A stretch of DNA of 64,000 nt from an uncultured bacterium (GCA_963804975.1 CAWDSG010000002.1:133288-197287); one strand, 5' to 3'. Positions 19,270 through 30,052 are shown, counted from the first letter of the stretch. Translations and numbers: made by a program. The notes: generated by a model from the letters alone, not told the origin.

Positions 19270-19306
19270 GTAACTTAGGACTGCTGTCCTTTGAAACTTA
19301 GTCCTT

Positions 19307-19339
19307 GGGCCCCGCGCATTTTGGCGGGGCCCTTTTTTT
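19307..19339 (+). terminator. GC-rich hairpin + U-tract downstream of the VR (terminator / DGR homing hairpin)
   Basis: gggccccgcgcattttggcggggccc + ttttttt, 57 bp after the VR end. A smaller hairpin aggac-tgct-gtcct lies at 19278-19291. Confidence 0.75.
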
Positions 19340-19577
19340 ATGCTAAAATAAAAATGGTAGTAGGCGAATATGTGGGTGATCAAGGTTTCTCACTGCCGAA
19401 TCCAGTATCCATAAGTTGAGAGCGTTTGCGATTACGATTTCAAACGGAGGACTTATGTAGACTCTTCACAAAAAATGAAGATACTTGGTACAGAATATTA
19501 AGGTATTTAAAATACCACATCAGATACAACTCTGAGAGCATTCAAGGAGTGGTGACATAGGCGGTATTCTGTACATT

Positions 19578-19701
19578 TCTGACGGCGATCCTAACTTGCT
19601 CGGTACGAACCGTAACGATGACAGGCCGTGGCTCAATGCGTATAACGACAGGTCTGACAACAGGTGGAATCGTGAGAACGGGTTCGCTTTTTTGGCTCCG
19701 C
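19578..19701 (+). other. DGR template repeat (TR), 124 bp
   Basis: Same orientation as the VR. More A-rich, with AAC codons where the VR has AGC/GGC/CGC/GAC etc. Confidence 0.9.
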
Positions 19702-19709
19702 TAATCTTT

Positions 19710-20075
19710 TCATTTCTCTCCTGCTTTTGCGGGAGAGTTTTGTTTTAATATTTGTCCGTTCCAACCGCCGAGCATTTTTCCGATTTCGTCCAGGTGAAGG
19801 GATAAAGCAATATATTTTTTGTTATCAAGCGATTTTGTTTCCCAGAGAACCATCAGTAATATCTTGAGAGTATCAAGTTTCCTGATAGCAATAGAAATAT
19901 AAGGACGTTTTTCTTCTTTCGGCAAAAAACTTGCGATTGAGATTGATTCAATAATTTCCACAAAAAGAGTATCAACCCTGTTTCCAAGAGAATATCGATG
20001 CGGTTTAGGCAGGATTTGATAGTATTCATACCAAAGAATGTAAGCGGTTTTCACTTTCTGCAAAAGAGGCAACAA
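19710..20075 (-). CDS. avd: DGR accessory variability determinant (Avd), four-helix-bundle protein
   Basis: 121 aa. ...IALSLHLDEIGKMLGGWNGQ resembles the Avd C-terminal motif (…EVGRILGSW…). Sits between the TR and the RT but on the opposite strand. Confidence 0.65.
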   Translation of the reverse strand: MLPLLQKVKTAYILWYEYYQILPKPHRYSLGNRVDTLFVEIIESISIASFLPKEEKRPYISIAIRKLDTLKILLMVLWETKSLDNKKYIALSLHLDEIGKMLGGWNGQILKQNSPAKAGEK

Positions 20076-20108
20076 TTTTGCGGGGGGGGGGCATTATAGT
20101 CATATATT

Positions 20109-21125
20109 TTGTGTTGTAATATGTCTAAAATTAAATTTACTGACAGTTATGAGAATATCATTGAAATGGAAAATCTCCTAGAAGCGTGGAGAGAATTTGT
20201 TGTTGGCAAAAAATCCCGCAAGGATGTGGAAGAATTTCAAAGGTATTTAATGCAAAATATTATTTCCCTAAACAGGGAATTAGAAACCAAAACCTACAAA
20301 CATTCTCTGTACGAAGCGTTTAATATATCCGATCCGAAGCCAAGAAATATACACAAAGCAAAGGTAAGGGACAGATTATTGCACCACGCTTTATACAGAA
20401 AACTCTATCCATTTTTTGACAAAACTTTTACTTCCGACTCGTATTCTTGCAGATTGGGAAAGGGAACCCACAAAGCCATTGAAAGATTTCAGTCATTTGC
20501 GAACAAAGTATCAAAAAATAATACAAAAACGGTCTGGATTTTAAAATGCGATATACGAAAATTCTTTGCTTCCATAGACCAAGAAATTTTATTGAAAATA
20601 CTGAATGAATATATACCTGACAAAGATATTATCGCTGTTCTATCAGAAATCATTCACAGTTTTTGTTCCATTGAAAAAGGAAAAGGATTGCCTCTTGGAA
20701 ATCTGACATCACAGCTTCTAGTGAATATTTATATGAATAAGTTTGACCAGTTTGCAAAACACAAGCTAAAAGCAAAATATTATATAAGATACGCCGATGA
20801 CTTCGTTTTGTTATCGGAGGACAAAACGTGGCTTGAAAGTGCAATACAAAAAATCAGTGATTTTTTGTGGAACAAACTAACACTAAAATTACATCCAAAA
20901 AAACTGTTTCTGCAAACACTGGCTTCAGGCGTTGATTTTCTCGGCTGGGTTCACTTTCCAAATCATCGCGTTATACGAACTGTTACAAAAAGAAGAATGT
21001 TTAAAAATATCAAGCTGAAAAATGGAAAGATAGAAACAGTTCAATCTTATCTTGGTTTGCTATCTCATGGGAATGCTAAAAAATTGGCTGTAGAAATAGA
21101 TAATATTGTTAAAACTAATTTATGA
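20109..21125 (+). CDS. DGR reverse transcriptase (likely start at Met 20121, MSKIKF)
   Basis: RT motifs: PRNIHKAKVRDRLLHHAL (1/2), SYSCRLGKGTHKA, GLPLGNLTSQLLVNIYMNKFDQF (LGxxxSQ, DGR-RT hallmark), RYADDFVLL (YxDD), GVDFLGW. Confidence 0.85.
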   Translation: MCCNMSKIKFTDSYENIIEMENLLEAWREFVVGKKSRKDVEEFQRYLMQNIISLNRELETKTYKHSLYEAFNISDPKPRNIHKAKVRDRLLHHALYRKLYPFFDKTFTSDSYSCRLGKGTHKAIERFQSFANKVSKNNTKTVWILKCDIRKFFASIDQEILLKILNEYIPDKDIIAVLSEIIHSFCSIEKGKGLPLGNLTSQLLVNIYMNKFDQFAKHKLKAKYYIRYADDFVLLSEDKTWLESAIQKISDFLWNKLTLKLHPKKLFLQTLASGVDFLGWVHFPNHRVIRTVTKRRMFKNIKLKNGKIETVQSYLGLLSHGNAKKLAVEIDNIVKTNL

Positions 21126-21139
21126 TATAATTTACCAAT

Positions 21140-23926
21140 ATGGCAGAGCAATTTGTACCTGAAAAAATAGAGCAGAAATTCAAGACCCCGGAGGAGGAAC
21201 TGCGGTTTTTGCGCGCAGAAGTTTTAAAGCACGAAAAAACAATTGCGGAGCGCAATGAGACGCCGCTTCGCGAGGAGATTATACGGAGCCAGCTTAAAGT
21301 TCATGCGCAGAGGAAAAAAGAGGATGTTTTGGAAAAAAATTATGCTCTGAAAAATAAAGAGGCGGAAGCCATTGTTTTGGATTTGTCGCCGGAGGAGCAC
21401 GATTATAAGATGGCCGAGCTCATTACGATTTTGCAGGAAAAAGGGGTTCTCAATACGCTTTCTGTCGTTGAAAAATTGAAAGATCCGCATTTGGAGGACG
21501 ATTTTCACAGATTCCTGATTCAATACATAAAATCCGGTTTTTCTGTCGGAAGAAATAACGAAAAAAGTCCAGTTTTGAAAGCGCTCAAAATGACGCTCTT
21601 TGAAGTTTCTCTTCCCGGAATCGCAAAAGATGATGCGCAAAAAGGAAAGCATCTGAAAGAATTGATATCAAAAATGGAGCAATTTTACGCAGGCATGCTT
21701 TCCGTGGAATCAAACGATAAAGATGGCGCGGGATATTTTTCACTTGAACTTACAAGCGCAAATCACTCAAGTGAAATAATTTTTTACATATCGGTTCCCG
21801 ACGGTAAAAAATCTTTGTTTGAAAAGCAGGCGCAATCTATTTTTCAGGATATAAAAATCACGGAGAAAAAAGACGATTATAATATTTTCAATGAGGAAGG
21901 GGATTATGTCGGATCATACGGAGAGTTTAACGAAAATCATATTTTTCCGCTGAAGACATACGAGCAATATGATTATGATCCGCTCAATGTCATCCTAAAC
22001 AGCTTTTCAAAGATTGATAAAGACGGCGAAGGTGCGGCAATACAGATAATCGTCAAGCCGGCGGAAAGCGAAAAAATGAGTTTTTACAAACGAGTGCTCA
22101 CAGAAATGGAAAAAGGCGCCAAGTTCAAAGATGCGCTTGAAAAGGCGGATTCTTCTTTTCTCGGCATTTTCAAGCAAGTCGGCAAGGATCTTATCGGCGC
22201 AAATGAAAAAAAAGACAAAAATGAAAAACCAGAAAATGCAGGCATTTCCAACCAAGTGCCCATTGAAAACATAAAAATAAAAACCGCAAGCCCGCTTGTA
22301 GATATTAACGTGCGCATTATGGCTTCAGGCGTCACCAGGGAAGAAGCCGGAGCAATACTTTCCGATATAGAATCAGCTTTCAATCAGTTTGAAAATACGA
22401 ATGGCAACAAATTTGTTTTTGACCGCATAGAGGGCAGGAATCTCCTGAAAATGGCGCGCGATTTTTCATTCAGGATTTTTGATGAAGAAAATGCCTTGGC
22501 GGTCAATTTGAAAGAGCTGACGACAGTGATGCATTTGCCCGAAGTTGATTTCGGCGAAGCATCGCAATTGAAACAGACAGCCGCAAATACCGCGCCGGCT
22601 CCGCTTGATTTGCCGATAAAAGGAATCCTTTTGGGAACAAATAAATTCAGGAGTAACGAGACCCCGATTCATATTACGGCAGAAGACCGCTTGAGGCATT
22701 TTTATATCATTGGACAGACCGGTACAGGCAAAACGACGCTTTTGAAAACCATGATCCGCCAGGATATCTTAAACGGCGAAGGCGTCTGCATGATTGATCC
22801 GCACGGTTCCGATATCCAGGAAGTGCTTTCTTTCGTTCCGCCTGAGAGATATCAGGATGTGATTTACTTTGACCCGAGCTACACGGCAAGGCCTTTCGGC
22901 TTAAATATGCTTGAATACGATGCAAGATTTCCGGAGCAAAAGACATTCGTGGTGAATGAAATGGTTTCTATTTTCAATAAGCTTTTTGATATGAAAACAA
23001 CCGGAGGCCCGATGTTTGAGCAGTATTTCAGGAATGCTACCAATCTTGTCCTGGATGATCCGGAATCAGGATGCACACTTCTTGATATTTCAAGAGTAAT
23101 GGCGGATAAAAATTTCAGGGATCTGAAGCTTTCAAAATGCAAGAATCCTCTCGTCGTCCAGTTTTGGAAAGATATCGCTCTTAAGGCCGGCGGAGAAGCA
23201 TCGCTTGCTAATATGGTCCCTTACATCACTTCAAAATTCGACGTATTCCTTTCAAATGAAATAATGCGCCCGATAGTATCCCAGGAAAAATCATCTTTTG
23301 ATTTCCGTGATATCATGGACAACAAGAAAATTCTTCTGGTGAATCTTGCAAAAGGGCGCCTTGGAGATATCAACTCAAACCTTATCGGCCTTATCATTGT
23401 GGGCAAGCTTTTGATGGCCGCTCTTTCAAGAACCGATTCGTTCGGAGAAAATTTTCCGCCATTTTATCTCTACATTGATGAATTCCAGAATATTACGACG
23501 GATTCCATTTCAACAATCCTTTCCGAAGCCAGAAAATACAAACTTGCGCTTACCATAGCCCATCAATTCATCGCCCAGCTTGAAGATAAAATCAAAAATG
23601 CGGTTTTTGGAAACGTCGGTTCAATGGCGGTATTCCGCGTAAGTTCCGAGGATGCCGAATATCTGGCAAAGCAATTTACGCCGGTATTCACTGCAAAAGA
23701 CCTGATGAATATTGATATCCATAGTTCGTATGTGAAATTGCTTGCAAACGGCAGGCCGGCAAAACCGTTTTCCATGGAAACAAATCTGCCTCCGCGAGGC
23801 GACAAGCTTCTGCTTGATAAAATCAAAGAATTGTCGTATCTTACTTACGGCAAGGATAGGAATGAGGTTGAAGAAGAAATCGCCAAAAAATTCAGGAAAT
23901 CTGAGCCAGTGATGCCAAAAATTTAG
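21140..23926 (+). CDS. TraD/TraG/VirD4-like (T4SS coupling-protein-type, FtsK-HerA superfamily) P-loop ATPase with ~500-aa N-terminal extension
   Basis: Walker A GQTGTGKTT, IDPHG, Walker B YLYIDEFQ, RKYKLALTIAHQ...QL, VFGNVGSMAVFRV (TraG-D_C-like). Paralogous to 45910..47793. Confidence 0.6.
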   Translation: MAEQFVPEKIEQKFKTPEEELRFLRAEVLKHEKTIAERNETPLREEIIRSQLKVHAQRKKEDVLEKNYALKNKEAEAIVLDLSPEEHDYKMAELITILQEKGVLNTLSVVEKLKDPHLEDDFHRFLIQYIKSGFSVGRNNEKSPVLKALKMTLFEVSLPGIAKDDAQKGKHLKELISKMEQFYAGMLSVESNDKDGAGYFSLELTSANHSSEIIFYISVPDGKKSLFEKQAQSIFQDIKITEKKDDYNIFNEEGDYVGSYGEFNENHIFPLKTYEQYDYDPLNVILNSFSKIDKDGEGAAIQIIVKPAESEKMSFYKRVLTEMEKGAKFKDALEKADSSFLGIFKQVGKDLIGANEKKDKNEKPENAGISNQVPIENIKIKTASPLVDINVRIMASGVTREEAGAILSDIESAFNQFENTNGNKFVFDRIEGRNLLKMARDFSFRIFDEENALAVNLKELTTVMHLPEVDFGEASQLKQTAANTAPAPLDLPIKGILLGTNKFRSNETPIHITAEDRLRHFYIIGQTGTGKTTLLKTMIRQDILNGEGVCMIDPHGSDIQEVLSFVPPERYQDVIYFDPSYTARPFGLNMLEYDARFPEQKTFVVNEMVSIFNKLFDMKTTGGPMFEQYFRNATNLVLDDPESGCTLLDISRVMADKNFRDLKLSKCKNPLVVQFWKDIALKAGGEASLANMVPYITSKFDVFLSNEIMRPIVSQEKSSFDFRDIMDNKKILLVNLAKGRLGDINSNLIGLIIVGKLLMAALSRTDSFGENFPPFYLYIDEFQNITTDSISTILSEARKYKLALTIAHQFIAQLEDKIKNAVFGNVGSMAVFRVSSEDAEYLAKQFTPVFTAKDLMNIDIHSSYVKLLANGRPAKPFSMETNLPPRGDKLLLDKIKELSYLTYGKDRNEVEEEIAKKFRKSEPVMPKI

Positions 23927-23932
23927 TAAATT

Positions 23933-24036
23933 AACGAGCAAAGCGAGTATAATTTTCTTAACCCCGTGAAATAAGAATTCAAAATTTCACAGGGTGATGA
24001 TTTTAAAAATTCGCTCTGCTCACAATAAAATCAATC
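23933..24036 (+). repeat. ERIC/MITE-like element copy D (short form), ends at the ndk ATG
   Basis: AACGAGCAAAGCGAGTATAATTTTCTTAACCCCGTGAAATAAGAATTCAAAATTTCACAGGGTGATGATTTTAAAAATTCGCTCTGCTCACAATAAAATCAATC + ATG. Confidence 0.7.
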
Positions 24037-24633
24037 ATGAAAAAAGAAAGAACTTTTGTAATGATAAAACCTGACGGAATCCAGAGGTCGCTTATCGGAG
24101 AAATTTTGGGCAGGTTTGAAAAAGTCGGATTGAAGCTTTGCGCCATGAAAATGATTGTTCCCACAAAAGAGATGGTGGAAAAACATTATACGCTTGATCC
24201 GACATGGCTCGAAAGAACAGGAACAAAAACAATTGCGAATTATGAAAAAAAAGGATTGAAACCTCCATTGGATAATCCGATAGATGTCGGCAATAGAACT
24301 CTCGGCATATTGATTAAATATTTGGCAAGCGGACCGGTAATAGCGATGGTCTGGCAAGGAGCGCACGCTGTTGAAATTACCAGAAAGCTTGTTGGCGGAA
24401 CTGAACCTTTGAGTTCAGATGTCGGAACGATACGCGGAGATTTTGTCTTGGATTCGTATCAAATATCCGATATTGACGGCAGGGCAATAAGAAATCTGAT
24501 ACACGCGTCCGGCTCTGTGGCGGAAGCCAAAGCGGAAATTGGTTTGTGGTTCAAGAATAATGAGGTTATAGATTATCGGCTTATCCAGGACGCCATACTT
24601 TATGATGTGGATTTGAAGGGAATTTTGGAGTAA
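24037..24633 (+). CDS. ndk: nucleoside diphosphate kinase (long form, C-terminal extension)
   Basis: ERTFVMIKPDGIQRSLIGEILGRFEKVGLKL...NLIHASGSVAEAKAEIGLWF (NxxHGSD-type motif). Confidence 0.88.
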   Translation: MKKERTFVMIKPDGIQRSLIGEILGRFEKVGLKLCAMKMIVPTKEMVEKHYTLDPTWLERTGTKTIANYEKKGLKPPLDNPIDVGNRTLGILIKYLASGPVIAMVWQGAHAVEITRKLVGGTEPLSSDVGTIRGDFVLDSYQISDIDGRAIRNLIHASGSVAEAKAEIGLWFKNNEVIDYRLIQDAILYDVDLKGILE

Positions 24634-24650
24634 TTTTTCTTGCAAATGTG

Positions 24651-24681
24651 AAAAAAGCCAGTAGTTTACTGGCTTTTTTAA
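24651..24681 (+). terminator. rho-independent terminator after ndk
   Basis: aaaaaagccagtagtttactggctttttta. Confidence 0.75.
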
Positions 24682-25670
24682 TTTGTACTGGCGAAATTGC
24701 AAAAAAGCGGGAAATTTCCTTGACTTTATTCCGCTTTCCTATATACTTCTTGCTTACAGATATGTTGAACAAAAACTTAGCAAAAAAGCGGAAAGTATAG
24801 TCAGCATTTTTGATGTTGCCTCTACAGACCGCGAAAGCGGTTTTTTTGTCGGAAAGATTGAAACTTGTCAAATAAGATTCAGATTTGAACAATTCTCCTT
24901 CCGGAGGATGATTAAAATTTAAATCTTTATTCTGTCGCGATATCACCAATTTAATTTGGGTCTTTTATAGACATCGCAGACAGGCAGGTGAATCAATCAA
25001 TTTTTTTGAAGAGAATTGATATGATTTAAAAACTGTTATATGGAATTGATTTTATATAACAGGTTAGAACATGAATCGTGTTCGCCTTAAAAACGAATAC
25101 GAAGAATTGTGGTTTTTAAATTTCCTAATGGGAAATTTAAGGGCGTACGGTGGATGCCTTGACTCTAATAAGCGATGAAGGACGCAGCAATGCTTGCGAT
25201 AAGCTTCGGGGAGGTGCCTAGCAACCTTTGATCCGGAGATTTCCGAATGGGGAAACCCAGCCGATTTTATCGGCTATCTTATAAATTATATAAGTTGCTC
25301 ACCCAGGGAAGTAAAACATTTCAGTACCTGGAGGAATAGAAAACAATGCCGCGCAAGCGGTGAAATTTCCTTAGTAGCGGCGAGCGAAAAGGAAACAGCC
25401 CAAACCGATCACAAACTTTGTGCGTAAATTTATTTGCGCGTAAAGTTTGTAATCGGTGTAGTAAGGTGAAAACGTCATTTATTTATAGATGAAAAAAGTT
25501 ACAAAATATTTTGTTAGCAGAATCTGCTGGGAAGCAGAACCCCAGAGGGTAATAGTCCCGTAAGCGAAAATAAAATATCTTTTTTGTTTTGATTCTTGAG
25601 TACCTCAGGACACGAAAAGCTTGAGGGAACCTGCCGGAACTAACCGGTAAGGCTAAATATTGTTAGAGAT

Positions 25671-25707
<37 letters not shown>

Positions 25708-27362
25708 CAGCCCGTTAAGGGCGGTGAAATAGACCTGAAACCGTATGCCTACAAGGAGTCGGAGCGGGCAGCACAATGTCTGCAACAAAGCTTCGCATAT
25801 GTATTTTGAAAAGCACGATAAAAATTTTGCCGACGCAAAATTTTTTCTCTACTCAAAGAATTTTTTGCTAAAAATTCTTCTCCGTAAGGCATTTCAAAAC
25901 ACAATGCTTCGCTTTTTTGTTGTTGATAATGTGCTGTCCGTCACGGCGTGCCTATTGAAGAATGAGCCAACGAGTTGATGTATGAAGCAGGCTAAGTCCT
26001 TTGCAGGATGGAGCCATAGGGAAACCGAGTATTAATAGTGCGTTTGTTTTATACATCAGACCCGAAGCCAGAGCGAGCTTATCTTGAGCAGGGTGAACCT
26101 TTGAGAAATCAGAGGGGAGGCCCGAACTGTTTAGCCGTGCAATACTATCGGATGACTTGAGATAAGAAGTGAAAAGCTAATCGAGCCTGGTAATAGCTGG
26201 TTCTCTCCGAAATAGCTCTAGGGCTAGCGTCTAATGTACTTTCTGGGGGTAGAGCACTGGAAGGTCTTGACAGGTAGAAATACCGCAAGACCTATCAAAC
26301 TCCGAATACCAGAAATAAATTGTTAGGCAGTTAGACTGTGGAGGCTAAGCCCCGTGGTCAAAAGGGAAACAGCCCGCATCTATATTTAAGGTCCCTAAAT
26401 CTATGTTAAGTACACTTAAGGTGGTAATTTTTCTCAGACAGTAAGGAGGTTGGCTTAGAGGCAGCCATCCTTTAAAGATAGCGTAACAGCTCACTTACTA
26501 AGAGATTTTGCGCCGCAGATAATCGGGGTTAAACATAGTACCGAAACTTAGGAATGCGATAGTTTTCGAACTACTGTATTGGTAGGAGAGTATTCAACTC
26601 TGCAATGAAGGTAAAGGGGTGACCCATACTGGAGCGTGTTGAAGTAAGAATGTTGGCACAAGTAACCACAATGCGGGTGAGAACCCCGCACACCGAAAAA
26701 CCGAGGTTTCCTTTGCGATGACAATCAGCGAAGGGTTAGTCGGGCCTAAGGCAATGGCGAGAGCCGCAGCCGATGGACACATGGTTAATATTCCATGACT
26801 TTTATATGTTGCGATGGGAGGACGAAGTTTAGTATGGTACGCGCATTATTGGATTTGCGTTCGTGCCGTGATTGCGATTTGGAGGTAAATCCCCAAACTT
26901 CCTTAAATGGTATGCAAAAGCGGAGCGAAAATTCTGCGGTTCGCCGTGGAAAATGCATCAAAGCAAGCTTCCGAGAAAATTCTCTAAGCATAAACATATG
27001 AAAACCGTACCGCAAACCGACACAGGTGGTTAGCTCGAGTAGAGTAAGGTGAACGAGTGATAGATCTTCAAGGAACTCGGCAAAATAGCAGCCGTAAGTT
27101 AGCGATAAGGCTCGCCCTGTGGAATAAGGAATCAAAATAAATAAAGTAAAACATGAATATTATATTTATGTGCTTTTTGTTCAAGATTTGATTTTTTATT
27201 CCACGGGGTAGCATCAAAAGCATCACTGCCAACTGTTTATCAAAAACACAGCTCCCTGCGAAGTCGCAAGACGATGTATAGGGGGTGACACTTGACCAAT
27301 GCCAGAAGGTCAACCAACGACGTTGTTATCCGCAAGGGTAATGGTGATTGTTGTAAGCCCTG

Positions 27363-27413
<51 letters not shown>

Positions 27414-28061
27414 TGGTAAGTTCAGACGCGCTTGAATAGTGTAATGAGTGGTGAACTGTCTCGAAGATCAACTCGGTGAAAATGCAATACCGGTGAAGAT
27501 GCCGGTTACCTGCAGTTAGACGAAAAGACCCTAGAAGCTTTACTACAGCTTGATATTGAGTATATGTTTTAGATGCGTAGCGTAGACGGGAGGATTTGAA
27601 GTTTTTCTTTCGGGGGAAGATGGATCCGCAAGTGAAATACCGTTCTTTTTGAATATATATTCTAATCTTTGAGGCAAAAACTCATAGAAACATTATCTGG
27701 CAGGTAGTTTTAGTGGGGCGCTATCCTCCCAAAAAGTAACGGAGGAGTCTATTAAGGTCGGCTAGGCGCGAATGGAAACCGTGCCGATAGCATATTGGCA
27801 AATGCCGGCTTAACTGCAAGACGTAAGTGTCGAGCAGGTGCGAAAGCAGAGCAAAGTGATCCGACGGTCCGTGTTAGACGCGGCCGGAGCTCATCTGACA
27901 AAAGCTACTCTAGGGATAACAGGCTAGTTCCGCCTAAGAGTTCATATCGACGGCGGAGTTCGGCACCTCGATGTCGGCTCATCTTATCCTGGGGGTGGAG
28001 AAGCTCCCAAGGGTATGGCTGTTCGCCATTTAAAAAGATACGCGAGCTGGGTTCAAACCGT

Positions 28062-28462
28062 TAAGAAGACAAATTTTGTCTTTTTGACAGTTTGAATCCC
28101 ATTGAAGAAGTTATGGAACAAGAAATTTTTTCGTTTAGAAACTCAAAGACAAGATGAGTAATTTTGTCGTGAGTATAAAAGAAAGGAGAAGAAAAGACAC
28201 TCCAGTCAAATAAAAATTGACGGGGCAAGCAATCAAATCACGGCGGTCCAGCACCATTTTTTAAAATAGTGCTGAATGAAGCTGGTTTATATCGGTAAAA
28301 TCTTTTGAGATTTTATCCCGAGTGAAATCGAGGGATGAAATTTGTGAGACAATACCGAGGGAAAATTAATTTATTTTAATTGCCCGTAGAGACTAAATAC
28401 CAGCAGCGCGCGAAAGCGTGTGAAGCTATAGTCCAATGCAGTGAGCAATCACTGATATCATG
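28062..28462 (+). other. group I intron 1 in 23S rRNA (ORF-less, ~401 nt), at the site equivalent to E. coli ~2593
   Basis: Exon ...GGGTTCAAACCGT | intron | CGTGAGACAGGTTGG... restores the conserved GAACGUCGUGAGACAG. Intron carries a P7-like CGTAGAGACTAAATACC and ends in G. Confidence 0.7.
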
Positions 28463-28512
28463 CGTGAGACAGGTTGGTCTCCTATCTACTGTAGGCGTAG
28501 AATTTTGATGGG

Positions 28513-29309
28513 ATTTGACTTTAGTAAATTTTGCTACTTCAGAAAGTAATTTCTGATGACAAAGTGGCTAATAACGGTGAAATCTTGAATTTTTCAAAGT
28601 CCGTTGATAACTATTATTTGATTAGTCCTCTGATAATAGTACAATAGTATCTATGATACTTGAGGACCAGAAAAAACAAGACAATACCGTGGGAAGTCGA
28701 TCTAAAATTGATTTAGCTTATATAGCAGGTTTTTTAGATGGCGATGGAAGCATAATGCTCCAAGTTAAGAAAAGAAAGGATGGCAAGAATAAATTCAGGT
28801 TTATGGCTACCATTTGTTTCTATCAAGATACTCGTCATGAAAAAGATCTGTATTGGATAAGAAAAATTTTGGGAATCGGATATATCATCAAAAGAAACGA
28901 TGGTATGACCGAACTCAGAATAAACGGATATTCTCAGATAAAGAATATCTTGAAAGCACTAATATCTTTCATTAAATTTAAAAAAATTCAATGCAAGGCG
29001 CTGTTAAAAGCGTGTGAAATATTATCCAGTATAAAATATAAGAAATTAAATCAAAAACATCTCAAAACAATCGTTAATTTTGTTTTGGAAATACAGAGTG
29101 AAAACTATGCAACCAAAAGAAAAAAGACAAAAAATGAGCTGTTTGAAATTTTAGGTTTGACCCCGTAACGACTCTCCGGCTTAGGTCGGAGGACTTGCAT
29201 AATGGTGAATCGTTTCTTTGAAAACGACAGCTTATGCTTGTAATACGCCAACACCCTAAAACATAATATGTTCGGGTGAAGATATAGTCTGCACTCCTCG
29301 TGAGAGGGG
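28513..29309 (+). other. group I intron 2 in 23S rRNA (boundaries ±20 nt), encoding a LAGLIDADG endonuclease
   Basis: Interrupts the conserved ...GAACTGAGGGG|GGCTGCTCCTAGTACGAGAGGACC region. 3' part AAGATATAGTCTGCACTCCTC resembles the Tetrahymena P9 region (AAGAUAUAGUCGGACCUCUCC). Exon resumes GTGCGACGAGAGGACC. Confidence 0.6.
28653..29168 (+). CDS. LAGLIDADG homing endonuclease (single-motif, I-CreI-like), intron-encoded
   Basis: [14 protein letters not shown] motif. 171 aa. Lies inside the 23S intron. Confidence 0.85.
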   Translation: MILEDQKKQDNTVGSRSKIDLAYIAGFLDGDGSIMLQVKKRKDGKNKFRFMATICFYQDTRHEKDLYWIRKILGIGYIIKRNDGMTELRINGYSQIKNILKALISFIKFKKIQCKALLKACEILSSIKYKKLNQKHLKTIVNFVLEIQSENYATKRKKTKNELFEILGLTP

Positions 29310-29687
29310 AATTGTGCGACGAGAGGACCAAGTTGAACGCACCTCTGGTCTATCTGCTGTTCCTGCCAAGGGCAACGCAGAGTAGCTATGTGCGGAACGG
29401 ATAAACTCTGAAAGCATCTAAGAGTGAAGCCGTCCCAAAGATTAGAATTCAATTGAGGACCCTCCGAGATGAGGAGGTTGATAGGTTCGAGCTGTAAGCC
29501 GAGCAATCGGTTCAGGCGACGAATACTAATTATCCGATTCTTATTAGGAAATTTAAAAATACACAACATCGTTCTAACCTGTTATGTGGAATTAATTTGA
29601 TAATAATATCGAATATTTTTCACCTGATTCATTCCGAATCAGAAGTTATAAAAAATGCTTTTTTGAAAATAAAATATTGAAAGTTTA

Positions 29688-29800
29688 GTTCTGGTGCTTC
29701 GTCGCGGAGGTCACACCTGATCTCATTCCGAACTCAGAAGTTAAGCTCCGTTGAGGCGATGATACTCTCTATGAAGGGGAAAGTAGCTAAGCGCCGGAAC
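29688..29800 (+). rRNA. rrf: 5S rRNA
   Basis: GTTCTGGTGCTTCG...CACCTGATCTCATTCCGAACTCAGAAGTTAAGC...GGGAAAGTAGCTAAGCGCCGGAAC. Helix I pairs 5' GUUCUGGUGCUU with 3' AAGCGCCGGAAC. Confidence 0.85.
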
Positions 29801-30052
29801 TAAGTTTTTAATATTTTCAAAAAGCATTTTTTAATTAAGCCCGTTGATTAAGGGGAAAACATGCCCCGTAGCTAACCGAGCTATCGCGAGGTTATGGTAC
29901 CGGGGTAGCTAGCCGCCGGAACCTGCCTGCGCAGGTAGGCAAAGAATTTAACTCATTAAAAATTTTTAATTTAAGCTTTTTATATAGTCGATGGAAATTT
30001 GCTATATTAGTCAATATATGATACTTTATTAATAATATTAAAATACAAAAAC

